Source of the DNA: Eledone cirrhosa | Lineage: Eukaryota | Direction: 5' to 3' | DNA: 64,000 nt | Assembly: GCA_964016885.1 (NCBI GenBank) | Contig: OZ024745.1 | Location: 90,768,001-90,832,000 of the forward strand | In this document: one piece after another, positions 1 to 12,429 of the stretch | Position numbering within the stretch: the first letter of the stretch is position 1 | Layout of the letters: every line of letters starts with the position of its first letter | The notes under the pieces: model-generated | Database searches by the model: none | What the model saw: the letters and a program-made list of their open reading frames with translations, nothing else | Told to the model about the DNA's origin: nothing | Translations under genes and position numbers: made by a program

Positions 1-235
1 TTTACTCGAGAGAAGACTACGTTAGTATGGTCACGTGATGCGCACGAAAGACGACAGCTGTATAAAAAAGTGCAGGGCGATAAAAATAGACGGTAGCCAC
101 GGAGTAGGCAGACCCAGAAAAACCTGGGATGACTTGATAAATTCCGACCTCACACACTTACACCTCTCCAAGACAATGTCACTGGACCAAGATCTTTGGC
201 GCTACACAGTAATACAGAAGACCTGCCTTGCCTAA
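1..235 (+). pseudogene. RTE-clade LINE 3' end fragment (C-terminal ORF remnant)
   Basis: Translation RRLR*YGHVMR...GVGRPRKTWDDLINSDL resembles the C-terminus of the RTE copies elsewhere in the window (RRLRWYGHVMR...GRGRPRKTW); a more diverged subfamily. Confidence 0.8.
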
Positions 236-375
236 GTACAAAGCGAAACCTACAGTCAGTAGGCACCTCTAACAAAAATACACCCCCGTCCCACCACCCA
301 CACCCTATCCACACCACCCCTTTCGATGCAAAGTTATGTTGGTAACACAACATTCAGTCCGAACTAAATGAGGTC

Positions 376-620
376 ATGTAGGTGTCACGACAAAAAAAAA
401 ACACACAGTCCACGCTGTAATGTGGCCATGTAGGTACCACGGTAGAAACCTCCCAGTCCACACTGTAAACCTGGTTGGTGTTAGGAAGGGCATCCAGCCA
501 TAGAAAACCCGCCAGACAGTCCTATGCGAGCAAGACAACCAATCTTGCCTCAAGTGGGAAAATTCCCGTCCAAACCCATGCAAGCGTGGAAGATGGACGT
601 TAAACAATGATGATGATGAT
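376..620 (+). mobile_element. Bipartite RTE-derived non-autonomous retroposon (RTE 5'UTR segment + RTE 3' tail)
   Basis: Contains GGTTGGTGTTAGGAAGGGCATCCAGCC (cf. RTE 5'UTR at 36361-36385) and ends ...CCATGCAAGCGTGGAAGATGGACGTTAAACA(ATG)n like the RTE 3' end. Related copies at about 10390-10545(-), 12289-12730(-), 16474-16610(-), 21928-22096(-), 24121-24706(-), 41215-41350(-), 53465-53790(-), 54300-54570(+). Confidence 0.75.
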
Positions 621-637
621 ATATATATATATCATAA

Positions 638-1800
638 TCTATAAAGCTCAGTGTGTGGTCATGCTCCTTTCTTATAGAAATCTACGATATAGAATTTCTT
701 CAATTGAAATTTACAATTCAGTATTTGAAATAGCATCGATTGCGTCTTGGCACATCTAATTTTTTTCAATTTCACCCACAATTACGCAAAAAAATAGATA
801 AAACTCAATATTTTACGATTTTCCTCTGTCATTTAAACTGCTAAACTCTTTCCACTACCATTCAAAATCTATACAACTTCATACTTTCTGCTACTTTCTC
901 TTTCCAAGCTTGATGGTGATACTGTCCGTTTTACTCTTTCATATCATCTGACAACATGTGTGATTGCCGAAGAGAGAGTAGAGAGTGAGAGGGAGAGAGG
1001 GAGAGAGATAGAGAACGTTTATTATTACATAAAGTACCAGTAATGTACTGGGTAATTGCTGGGCTTGTGCCAAAAAAGTAGAAACAATTATTACATTTCA
1101 TACGAAACGACAATTATTCAAAATGTATCAACAGATACATTTATTCAACAACAAGCGATAAATCTTTTTTAAAACCTCTTTTCCAAACGCATACAAACAC
1201 ACACTCACTTCAACAAAAACAACAATCTGCCTTTTATAGATAATGATAAACAATAATATCCTCTATGAGGTCACTAAACCTGCTAGAAACATCAGCTAAC
1301 TCTCCCCCATATCACACCCCTCCCTACTGTCTTAAATTTAGAAAACATATCTTCTATGAGGTCACTAAACCTGCTAGAAACAGCAGCTAACTCTCCCCCA
1401 TATCACACCCCTCCCTACTGTCTTAAATTTAGAAAACATATCTTCTATGAGGTCACTAAACCTGCTAGAAACAACAGCTAACTCTCCCCCATATCACACC
1501 ACTCCCTACTGTCTTAAATTTAGAAAACACACAGACAACCATGCAGAACAACTCCATCGCAGCTCTGTTGTTCGGCTGGCATCGTCTACGCGCGTGTTGC
1601 GCAAGTACTGTGAAACAATAAATTTCAACACTTTTTTGCACAGAGATAATATCCATAGGCGAAACTACAATTGTCACTGCTGGCGCAGCTCCTGCTTCCA
1701 GGTCTGCAATTCATTCACAAAAAAGTGCTGCCATAAAATGGGTGGTGCAACCTCACTTTGGTAACTTAATGACCCCGAGCAACGCCGGGCTTTAATGCTA
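638..1800 (+). mobile_element. Probable non-autonomous Helitron, interrupted by other repeats
   Basis: 5' TCTATAAAGCTCAGTGTGT resembles the 5' end of the 21354 element; 3' hairpin CCCGAGCAACGCCGGG followed by TGCTAA (decayed CTAG) at about 1775-1800. Joining the two ends into one element is inferred. Confidence 0.5.
1257..1530 (+). repeat. 91-bp tandem repeat x3 derived from a dispersed repeat
   Basis: CTATGAGGTCACTAAACCTGCTAGAAAC... starts at 1263, 1354 and 1445; diverged single copies at about 44080(+), 25750(-) and 60380(-). Confidence 0.9.
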
Positions 1801-1814
1801 ATATATATATATAT

Positions 1815-2368
<554 letters not shown>

Positions 2369-3045
2369 AAATGGAGAAGAATGAAACAAAATTTCATTTC
2401 TCACTCTTAGTACGGCTGGTACTTAAATGTAAGTATGTATGTATACGTACATACATATATGTATACAGACATACAGTAGTATGTATATATATACATACAT
2501 GCACACATATATATATGTACGTACGGGTTTACTGAACATTTATTATAATGCTCAGTTTGTTTGTAACAAACAGCCCGAATTACGCCGTAGTGTTCAGGCA
2601 ACCATCGTCATCTTTTTGTTCAACACTGACACAGGAACGATGTACTAGTTTCAAGCTTATTAGCTATCGTCAGCATCGTATACCTTTCTGTCAGATGGTT
2701 GAACGTCTGAAAGTATATACTTTCTTTATGCATATTAACGGCTGAGCAGCCTAATTTGCATATCGAGTGAGTTAGTCGCCCGGGCGCACCGAAAACAATA
2801 AATGGAAAAGAATGAAACGAAATTTCATTTCTCACTCTTAGTACGGCTGGTACTTAAATGTAAGTATGTATGTATGTATACGTACATACGTATATGTATA
2901 CAGACGTACAGTAGTATGTATATATATATACATACATGCACACACATATATATATATGTACGTATGGGTTTACTGAACATTTATTATAATGCTCGGTTTG
3001 TTTGTAAACAAACAGCCCGAATTACGCCGTACAGTGTTCAGGAAA

Positions 3046-3050
<5 letters not shown>
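2369..3050 (-). mobile_element. Non-coding partial-tandem element (about 431-bp monomer, about 1.6 copies) with hammerhead; retrozyme/PLE-pLTR-like
   Basis: Direct repeats at 2369-2605 and 2800-3050 (period 431) flank a unique middle containing a hammerhead; (TA)n on both sides. Confidence 0.75.
2637..2679 (-). ncRNA. Minimal type-I hammerhead ribozyme
   Basis: Minus strand ACGAUG-CUGACGA-U-AGCU-AAUA-AGCU-U-GAAAC-UA-GU-A-CAUCGU: 6-bp stem I, intact core, 4-bp stem II, palindromic ACUAGU stem III, GUA cleavage triplet. Confidence 0.85.
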
Positions 3051-3087
<37 letters not shown>

Positions 3088-3160
3088 GTATATAATGGTA
3101 GCTATGGTGCTTCTATAGGCGGTATGCCAAAATTATATATATATATATTACTTATTATAT

Positions 3161-3346
3161 AAGGGCGGTGGATTGGCAGTATCGGTAGAGGGTCGGACGC
3201 CATGCTTTCCAGCATAGTTACGTCCCTTTATGATCTGAGTTCAAATCCCGCCGAGGTTGACTTTGCCTTTCATCCTTACGGGGTCGATAAAATAAAGTAC
3301 CAGTAATGTACTGGATAATTGCTGGCCTTGTGCCTAAAGTAGAAAC

Positions 3347-3350
<4 letters not shown>
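3161..3350 (+). mobile_element. tRNA-derived SINE family B
   Basis: GGCGGTGGATTGGCAGTATCGGTAGAG...GAGTTCAAATCCCGCCGAGGTTGACTTTGCCTTTCATCCTTACGGGGTCGATAAAATAAAGTACCAG. Other copies at 9424-9613(-), 9852-10036(+), 19740-19950(-), 21240-21341(-), about 27905-28070(-), 40185-40350(+), 46650-46832(-). Confidence 0.85.
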
Positions 3351-3414
<64 letters not shown>

Positions 3415-3496
3415 GTTTAACGTCCATCTTTCACGCTTGCATATTATATATAGATATATATATATATTACTTATTATATATATATATATATATATA

Positions 3497-6075
3497 TAAC
3501 TTAAAAATATTAATAAATATAGACATTCATGTGATCAAATATGTATAATAAAATATATTTGATCACATGAATGTCTATATTTATTAATATTTTGAAGTAA
3601 TATTAATAACTCCAGAAAACCTCTTTGCTGAGTGCTTCTAATCTATTGTAAAACTTTATTCATTGATTAATCAATGAACCTTGTTAAACTTTTGGTCACA
3701 ATTGTTTCCCCAGCGAACAACAGCTCGAGGTGCGATCTATGTGTGGATCGACCTGACTCTGGATACACAGGTTCCTCCGGCACGTCTTTTGATTTCGGAG
3801 CATATCCTCTTTCTGGAGTTTCTGACCCTACAGGTCTATATTGTCCACCTTCATCCTCTTTGCGCGTCGTCGTGTCGGTCACTGGTTAGTGACGTCATCA
3901 TAATTCTGACCACTGGTAGCAACCTGCTGACCATCAGGGCGTGAGCTGTTACTCACCCACTGTAAGGTAGGCAAAATTACTGCTGTGGTTGCCAGCTCAC
4001 ACTCCCACACACAGATACGTTAGGTTAATAGCACCCTCCAAATAGGACCTAGGTAGGGCCAGCAACAATATCATAGATAGGATACCACCGGTACTTAAGA
4101 ATAAAACTAGGCTTAGCTTATGGGCCTCCACCAAGGAGGTAATTGACTGGTTCTCGCTATTAGATAGCAAGCAACTGGTAAATTTCATTCAATTGGACAT
4201 AGCGAATGATTACGCGTCCGTATCACCAGTAATCGTGAACAAGGCCCTCATGAGCGCATGGCTAAGTCCAACCTCACTAGAGAGGAAGCAAGCATCATAA
4301 TAGCAGCGAGAAAGATGCTAATTAGCTTCAACAATAAATTATGGGAGAGGAGAGACAGACCCGACAGTTTCGATATTACTATGGGGTCGAGTGTCTCTGC
4401 ACAGGAGACGGATCTGGTGGGAATATATCTCCTCCAAAGGCTAGCGGAGGAGATCCCAGGGATCGGCGGAGGAATATATAGAGACGACGCGTTATTTACC
4501 TTCCACTCCCTAAACCCCAGCTAGCTGGAGCGTATGAGGAAGTGTGTATCACATTTTTTTAAGCAACACGGCTTACCCGTGCTGATAAAGCCTAGCACTA
4601 AGATGGTGAATTTCCTTGATGTTACTCTGGAACTGAATACGGGCAAACAGCGACCATACCACAAGCCCAACGAGAACCTGCATTATGTGAACAGGCACTC
4701 GAACCACCCCAAGTCCATCATAGATGCCATAGTAAAAGGGGTATCCAAATGCGTATCCACCCTGTCGGCTAATGCAGACGTGTTTAACCAGCACGCTGAC
4801 TATTATAATGCGGCACTGCACAGGGCCAGTTACACAAAAGCCATAGTGTACACCCGCACAGGGAAGGGATTAGCGGCGGAGCACGCGGATATGAGGATAC
4901 CAATAGTACTTCCATAGGTAGACAGTGCAACCCGGAACTAACATCTAGGAATAGAAGTAGCAGTATAGATTACCGCAAGGACGCAAGACTGACGAAAGCA
5001 CATGCGGATGGCAGGCCACGCAGTACGCGCAGATGGAATCCTGGCACGGGCACAATACGCGACACGGACACTAGAACTAGGGACAGGCTGAAGACAGATA
5101 CGGACGTGAAACCAGGTAGAAGAAACACCCGGATCAGTAGCAATGAAATAGCCCCCGACAAGTAGAACCCCCAACGCACACGGTAGATATATAGATAGCG
5201 GCAACATAGGGGACGAAATAACAGGCAGACACAACCCGAGACGGACACCTGACCCAACAAACATTACCACTACTACTACTACACATAGACTATGGAATAG
5301 GACAAGGTCTAAGACCATTACATGGTTTAACGCGGCGTATTCAAAGCATGTATGCAGCAATGTACCAGGCCTCTTCTTCCGAGCATTGGACGAGTGCTTC
5401 CCGCCGTCTAGCAGGGACCACAGGATATTCAACCGCCTCACGGTGAAGTTCTCCTTCTCCACCGCACCTAACATGGCAGACTACATGGCCAAAACCAATG
5501 CGGTGAAGTTGGGGAAACTCGACCGTCAACAGCGGCGGGTACTGATGGTCCCGCGGGGCACGGAGGGCCCCTTGCAGACAAGGTTTCCAACTATACTCCG
5601 GTCCCCGTGGCGGCCGCCATGCCCACGGAAGACGCTGTAATCGAATGCTGGGCAGAACTGATTGATGGAGGGGAGCCCACCGCACCGACAGAACAACACC
5701 CAGAGAATCGGGAGAGTGCCGTAGTAGACCAAGGGCCCAGCATTGGAAATGAGCAACATAACGACCAAACATGCAACTGCAGGGCGGGCATACAATGCCC
5801 CCTGCAGGGAAGATCCCTAACAAAGGGCCTAGTATATAAATGTGTGGTTAACACGCACAACACCAAGCGCACCTACATCGGAGCAACATTCACAACCTTT
5901 AATATGAGGGTGTATAATCACACAAACTCTTTCAAGGACCAGAGCAAGAGACACTCCACTAGGATGGCAGACTTAATATGGGACTTGAAAGACAACAGCA
6001 CCCCTTATGATCTCAACTAGAATATCATTCAACATGCAAATGCATATTCGGCTGGAAATAGGAAGTGTAGGCTAT
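3497..6075 (+). mobile_element. Penelope-like element, Hydra-like clade (5' fold-back pLTR, 5'UTR, RT, C-terminal GIY-YIG), decayed and 3'-truncated
   Basis: 44-bp inverted arms (3499-3542/3555-3598) next to (TA)n; RT motifs FIQLDI, FDITMGS, IYRDD, VNFLDVTL; linker CNCRAGIQC (CxCx5C); GIY-YIG LVYKC...TYIGAT...R.YNH..SF. Stops and frameshifts present. Confidence 0.8.
4017..6075 (+). pseudogene. PLE reverse transcriptase + GIY-YIG endonuclease (fragmented)
   Basis: ORFs 4258-4524, 4534-4917, 5386-5640 and 5607-6020 carry consecutive RT palm, thumb and endonuclease motifs. Confidence 0.85.
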
Positions 6076-6439
6076 AACTTAGCTTTTCTAAATAATTTCT
6101 TCATACGTGAAGTCCAAATTCACAAAATATGACTAACTGCTGATTTATTCTCAAAATGAACTCTTTTTTCGGAAACCAAGAAAAAATATGGAATCGCTTT
6201 GTTCCTTGAATTAACGGTCTTGATTTAAGTGAACAACTTATGAATGCATTACATAAATCATGCAGACTTTGGTATTTACTTATGCAATAAGTAAATACCA
6301 AAGTCTTAAACAATCTTCCTACCAGAATATAACAGTTTGTTTATCTTACTGCAACAACAGTGCCTTGTGATCACTATAGCCAATCTCTTCATTAAGATAC
6401 TAGCATAGTTCTTTTGTAGTTAAAACTGTCGTTCTGAAA

Positions 6440-8757
6440 ATGCATTCATTTGTTGTTTTGTTGGAGTTTTGTGTAATCATGAAGCGGACTGTCATCAATA
6501 AAGAAAGTGGAGCCAAAGGACAGAAAAGGCAGAAGTTGCAGAAAGAAAAAGCCGTGAAATCTAACCAAGTTATCCTGTCTTTTTTTACTCAACCTAACAC
6601 GTCCTGTTCTCCTGCTGATGAGCGTCCAAGCTGCGAGGCTTCATCAAGTTCATCTTCCTCAGAAGGCATCGATGAGTCGCAGCATTGTGTCTTAAAACCC
6701 GAGCCCTGTAAATCAGATGAAACTGACCCCGTAATTCTTTACGTCATTCAACAGCACAACATTGGACTTCTTCAGTTTGACAAAGTAACCGGACGACCAC
6801 TTGTACCTGATTCATTAGAGAGTGCAGTTAGTGCGACTTGGTTGGAAGTACTTCCAGAATTCCGATGGTTGTGCAACGGCCAGGGTGAAGAAATCCATAC
6901 AAAAAGTCGGCATTCTGCTTTTGCTGCCTTCTTTTCTCCGGTTCGAGTTTCAAATCCGCACTTGAACAAGAAAATGGCTTCAGCAACTGGAAGAAGCTAG
7001 AGAAAATGGAGTTGCCTGAGAACAGTCTTCATCATCGGTGCTGTTTCACTCAGTGGAAAGAGATGGAACGCAGTTTGACAGAAGAGCAAGGAATTATCGA
7101 TGCACAGCTTCAATCATTAATAACAACCGAGAAGCAACGTTGGCGCGATAGCCTCTCTCGACTTCTACAATGCATCAAGTTTCTTGCGACCCATAATCTT
7201 GCATTAAGGGGACATCGCGAATTGCTCCAGCAAAACAAAACGACCAACGCTGGGAACTTCATCGGTTTATTGAAGTTGCTGTCATGTTTTGATCCTGTGA
7301 CAAAGGAGTTTCTAAGTAATGCGGAAACTCATCCAGGTTCCACGTCGTACCTCTCCCTCATAATCCAAAATGAATTCATTCATCTACTTGCTCTCAACGT
7401 CAAGAAGAATGTTCTTTGACGCGTAAAAAATGCTCGTCATTATGCACTGATGGTGGACTCATCTCCTGATCAAGCTCATCGAGACCAGCTGTCACAAGTG
7501 GTGAGGTATGTCGATGTTGATTTCGACAAAAGGACCGTTCGCATCCGAGAGTCCTTTCTGGGGTTCACCCTACTGGAAGAGAAGGATGCAGCTAGTATTG
7601 TAGAACTTATTTTGAAAGAATTGAAAGATGATGGCCTTGCGCTGAGTGATTGCAAGGCACTATGTTACGACAACGCTGCGGTTATGGCCGGACACACCAG
7701 TGGGGTTCAACAACGCATAATGAATTTGAACGAAAAGGCGATATTTGTTAACTGTGACAACCATTCACTTAACCTCGTTGGTTTGACCACAGCGAAGAGT
7801 AGCTTCAAAGTTATGTCATTTCAACGTCATCAAGTGATTGTTTGCGTTCTTTTGGTGATTGTTGGGAAAAGTTAAAGCAAGCAATCCCTTTCGTTCTGAA
7901 ATCTCCATCGGACACTAGGTGGACCGCAAGAGCAGAAGCTGTAAAGCATCTTGCAAACTTTCTGAATGAAATCCTCGAGCTTCTGCAAAAGTTGGTAGAG
8001 GATAATGAGGAGAGATCCGACACACGAAGTGATGCAGAACATCTTTTAAGTCAAATGCTTGTCTTCCTCTTCTTCGTGTTGCTTGGATTTTGGAATAGGA
8101 TTCTGGCTCGAATCGATCGGGTTCAAAAACGCCTTCAAGATCCAACAATGAACTTCCGGGATGCCTCTGATGACATCAAAGCCCTCCAGCAGTATTTCGG
8201 GATAATGGAAGTACTATTGCCCAGTAATCACTTAATAAAGGCCTTGAGTTAAGTTCACGCTGAAACATTGACATTAGCAAACGTCGCGGAAGGCCAAGAC
8301 GGCAGCTTTCAGATAATTCTGAAGATGAATTACTATCACCAGCCAGTGAAGTAAAAACAGTCATGCAAACTGTTCTCCTTCGAATTCAATCAGAAATGCA
8401 GCTACGATTCGCCCGTCTCAACGATATTGACGAGAGGTTTGGCTTCCTCCTCGATGTCTGCTCTCTGTGCTATCCACCTTTTCCAGACGACCTCGCGCTT
8501 CGATCAAAGTGCTCTTCATTAGCTGATCACTACAATGTTGACATTGACGGCAAGGAATTTCTTGACTGTCAGGCTTTGTTGTCAACCCACGCTAATATTT
8601 CAGTCCCAAGACAAGAACACCTCCTGAATTTTATTGTTCAATATGGAGACAACAGTGTATTTCCGAATTTGCGCATCAGTCTACAGATACTGCTAACAAT
8701 GGCCGTTTCCGTCGCAAGCTGTGAGAGATCCTTCAGCAAGCTCAACCTCATCCCTAG
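6440..8757 (+). pseudogene. hAT transposase pseudogene (ZMYM1/DUF4371-like, hATC dimerisation domain)
   Basis: LALRGH, GNFIGLL, SYLS..IQNE, D.S.D..H..QLS.V.RYV, CYDNAAVMAG..SGVQ, C.NH.LNL, SDTRW, and C-terminal FPNL...VSVASCERSFSKL across frameshifted ORFs; no TIRs seen. Confidence 0.9.
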
Positions 8758-8759
8758 TT

Positions 8760-9065
8760 ACGCCACTGTGTATGTGGGTATACGTGTGTGTGGGTAGGTG
8801 TGCGTATATATATATATATATGTATGTGTATATATACATATGTGTGCAGGTGTGCATATGTGTGTATGTATGTGTATGTATGTATATATATATATGTGCA
8901 TGTATATGTATGCATATGTACGCATGTGTATGTCTGTATGTATATATATACAGGTACATGTATGTGTGTATGTATATGAGTGTGTATATATGCGCGCGTG
9001 TGTGTGCCTCTGTGTGCATGTATCCGTATATTTGTGTGACTATTTATGTGTGTGTGTGTGTGTGT
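8760..9065. repeat. Mixed (TA/TG/CA) microsatellite
   Basis: Low-complexity alternating purine-pyrimidine tract. Confidence 0.9.
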
Positions 9066-9404
9066 GAGAGTGTGAGCTGACAAACACAGCAGTAATTTTG
9101 CCGACGGAACAATGAGTGAGTGACAGCTCACGCCCTGATGGTCAGCAGGCTGCTACCAGTGGTCAGAATTATGAGGACGTCACTAACCAGTGACCAACCC
9201 AAGGACGCACAAAGAGGGTGAAGGTGGACAGAAACCTCAGAAAGAGGATATGCTCCGAAATCAATAGACGTGTCGGAGGAACCTGCGAGTCCAGAGTCGG
9301 GACGATCCACACACAGATTGCACCTCGAGCTGTTCGCCGAGGAAACAATTGTAACACACAATAAATTGAGTTCCGATACATCACTGATATTTCGTTTTCT
9401 ATTC
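9060..9404 (-). mobile_element. Inverted second copy of the Hydra-like PLE 5'UTR with pLTR tail remnant
   Basis: Reverse complement of 9060-9356 aligns with 3697-4012 (ACAATTGTTTCC..CAGCTCGAGGTGC..GGAGCATATCCTCTTTCTG..CTGACCATCAGGGCGTGAGCTG). Confidence 0.8.
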
Positions 9405-9633
9405 TATATATATATATATATAATAATTGTTTCTATTTTTGGCACAAGGCCAGCAATTATCCAGTTCATTACTGGTACTTTATTTTATCGACCTGGTAAG
9501 GATGAAAGGCAAAGTTAACCTCGACGGGATTTGAACTCAGACCGTAAAGGGACGTAACTATGCTGGAAAGCATGGCGTCTGACCCTCTACCGATACTGCC
9601 AATCCACCGCCCTTATATATATATATATATAAT

Positions 9634-10195
9634 AATAATGGATAACCAGTTAAGATTTACAACATTATTTTACTCTAAAAGTAAAATAATGTTCTATGTA
9701 GGATGGCAGGCTGTGCCTCGGTAGATATGTAGGGCAGCAAACTAGTCCCCAGTATATCTATTGAGGCACAGCCTGACATCCTACATTGAAACGCTCATAG
9801 AGTAAAGTAATGTTGCCTGGTTATCCATTGTTATTTTATTAAAATTTTAAAAGGTGGTGGATTGGCAGTATCGGTAGAGGGTCGGATGCCATGCTTTCCA
9901 GCATAGTTACGTCCCTTAACGATCTGAGTTCAAATCCCGCTGAGGTTGACTTTGCCTTTCATCCTTACGAGGTCGATAAAACAAAGTACCAGTAATGCAC
10001 TGGGTAATTGCTGGCCATGCCAAAAAATAGAAACAGTTATTTTATTAAAATGTTCAGCTTTGCAGTTCGTGCCACCACAATACATAACGTAATCCACGGA
10101 GGCTGAGAATTATCCAGCCTTTTGGATTACTGATTAGCATCGAGCTGATACTGATAATCTACACCGGCAAATATATTGGTAAACTCTACATAACC

Positions 10196-10200
<5 letters not shown>
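9634..10200 (+). mobile_element. Fold-back PLE-pLTR-like element interrupted by a family B SINE
   Basis: Imperfect palindrome at 9634-9835; SINE 9852-10036 flanked by 16-bp TSD GTTATTTTATTAAAAT (9830-9845/10036-10051); hammerhead-like 3' half TGAAACGCTCATAGAGTA near 9787. Confidence 0.6.
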
Positions 10201-10236
<36 letters not shown>

Positions 10237-10856
10237 CACACACACACACACACATATTTGAAAAAAGGAAAAGAATGACTTCACTTATAGTTGATACTCT
10301 ATAATTTAATTTTATAATTTTGCAATGTAGATCTAATAAATCCTTTGTTAACTATGGTGGAAAGTTTTTTTAAATCCTCGTTATATCATCATAATCCTCA
10401 TCATTTAACGTCTATTTTGCCATGCTTGCATGGGTTAGACAGGTCGTCCACATTATGATACAAGACTGCATTTTATTGTGGCACCAGCACTACAACTTTA
10501 CAGTATGGGCTGAGTGCTTACCATGGCACCAGCACTACAACTTCACAACAATCATTTATTAAAAAGAACCAACTGTCTCAGAGAGAGAGGAGGAGGAGAG
10601 AGATACAGAGGGAGTAAGAGAGGGAAAGAGAAAGAGACTTTCATTTTATAACCTTTAAATTGAATATCAGTACATATTAGGTCAAATAGGAGGCTTAGAG
10701 AAGGAAATGTTTCCTGCTACTAACAGCATATATGTTTATTTATTAAAACATGGCCTTGTGGTCTCCTCAACGACCAACAGTTTAATAATGCTTTTGTACA
10801 TCATTTATAGTTGTTATGTATATCATTACCAACAGGCATATATGTGCGTGTGTGTA

Positions 10857-10960
10857 TCCTGGGTAACTACAGTAAGTAAAGTACTCAATACATAGAGTAT
10901 ATATAATATTTAATATAGAAATGGCTTCTGCAGGACTAGAACTGTTTCATTCAAAGGAAA
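10857..10960 (-). mobile_element. 5'-truncated copy of the 34064 hammerhead/pLTR family
   Basis: ATATAGAAATGGCTTCTGCAGGACTAGAACTGTTTCATTC shared with 34064-34102; ACTC..TTGAGT hairpin on the minus strand at 10883-10898. Confidence 0.7.
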
Positions 10961-10962
10961 GT

Positions 10963-10993
<31 letters not shown>

Positions 10994-11029
10994 GGGGCTG
11001 TACATATACACACATCACAATTACAGTTC

Positions 11030-11180
11030 ATCAGGTGAACTCCCACATAGTTTCCATGTACCTCAATTTCACTCACTCAGCAAGGTTTCAATTGAAACCA
11101 TAGAAGACTCTTGCCAAAGGGCTGTGCATTTAGATTGAACTCAAAACCTCATGATTACAAAGCAAACTTCTTAACCACAC
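11030..11180 (-). mobile_element. Decayed SINE family C
   Basis: ...AGCAAACTTCTTAACCACACA head and TAGAAGAC body; related to 27540-27710(+), 36060-36190(-) and 55000-55330(+). Confidence 0.55.
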
Positions 11181-11621
11181 AACCTCTATACACAATGTTT
11201 TGCTGATTCTGTTTTAAGCGTTACGTCATCATCATTTCATTCCCGCTTCCACAAGTGTTTGTGGAAAACTGAACCACTTATGTTAGAAATTAGATAATTC
11301 CGTTGATTGAATCACTGGAAAGACGTTCACCAAAATCAACAGTAAGAAAAGTCCATATATAGAATTATCTATAATCATTTCCTTCCACTTACAGTACACC
11401 ATATCCATCTTTAAGGAGTTATTCACACAACAATTACTGTTGTTACATAGTGAGATAAATAGATATACCATTCCTTAACAATCCACAATACATAGTGAGA
11501 TAAATAGAAATTAGATATATTATAGAAAATTTAGATATAATATATCTAAACTTAAGTCTGGTATTTTGAACTAAGTTTAGTCAAACATACATAGAAAATG
11601 TAGATATAAATGTAAACTTAA

Positions 11622-11838
11622 CCCTTTAGCATTTAAACCGGCCACATTTGGCAAGAATTCTCTCACCTCTTTAGTTCAAACCGGTTGTAACTGGCCACTC
11701 ATACTGATGTTAAGGATTTGTTCACAAAATAAATATCAAAATCTCATAGATTTGATATTATGTTTGATAATTATGTGAGGTAAAGGATTTACCAACAAAA
11801 TATAATAGTATATATGGAGTAATGTAAATGCTAAAGGA
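11622..11838. mobile_element. piggyBac-like MITE with TTAA TSD, inserted in a local tandem repeat
   Basis: TTAA-CCCTTTAGCATTTA...TAAATGCTAAAGGA-TTAA; the neighbouring repeat unit shows the empty site AAACTTAAGTCT (11548). Second copy at about 50999-51198. Confidence 0.85.
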
Positions 11839-12429
11839 TTAAGTCTAGTATTTTGAACTAAGTTTAGTCAAACATCCATAGAAAATTTAGATATAAATCT
11901 AAACTGAAGTCCAGTATTTTGAACTAAGTTTAGTCAAAAATATACATTAAAAATTTAGATATAAATCTAAAATCAAAAACAGAAAACTGGTTGTGAAAAT
12001 AAACCAGATATATAATTGTGTATACAGGCATAATAATAAAATACTTGAATTCTTCTCTTACCACTACTCTTTCTTTTGTTATAAACTGAAGCTTGTCATA
12101 ATACTCAATATATTTTTAAACCTTGGGAATGAAAAGTTTTGATTTTACAGCTATATTTAAATTCCTCTATGTCTTATAAGACTCAAATAGCACTACTATA
12201 CCCAACACCAGAATTCCTGCTGACATTCTTTATAATTCATATTTTTCCAAACTAAGTACATTCATAATAGAGTATTAATTATTGTTAATCATCATCATCG
12301 TTTAACGTCCATTTTCCACACTAACATGGGTCTTCCCATTTGAGGTAAGTTGGGTCAGGTGACTATGTCTTACTCTTATAGGACTGTTTCTGGCTAGGTT
12401 TCTAGAACATATATATATATATATATACC

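Noticed and set aside
3497-6075. Naiad-type or selenoprotein PLE
   Set aside because: The endonuclease is C-terminal, and the visible in-frame stops are mainly TAG plus frameshifts rather than UGA at Cys positions; no SECIS recognised.
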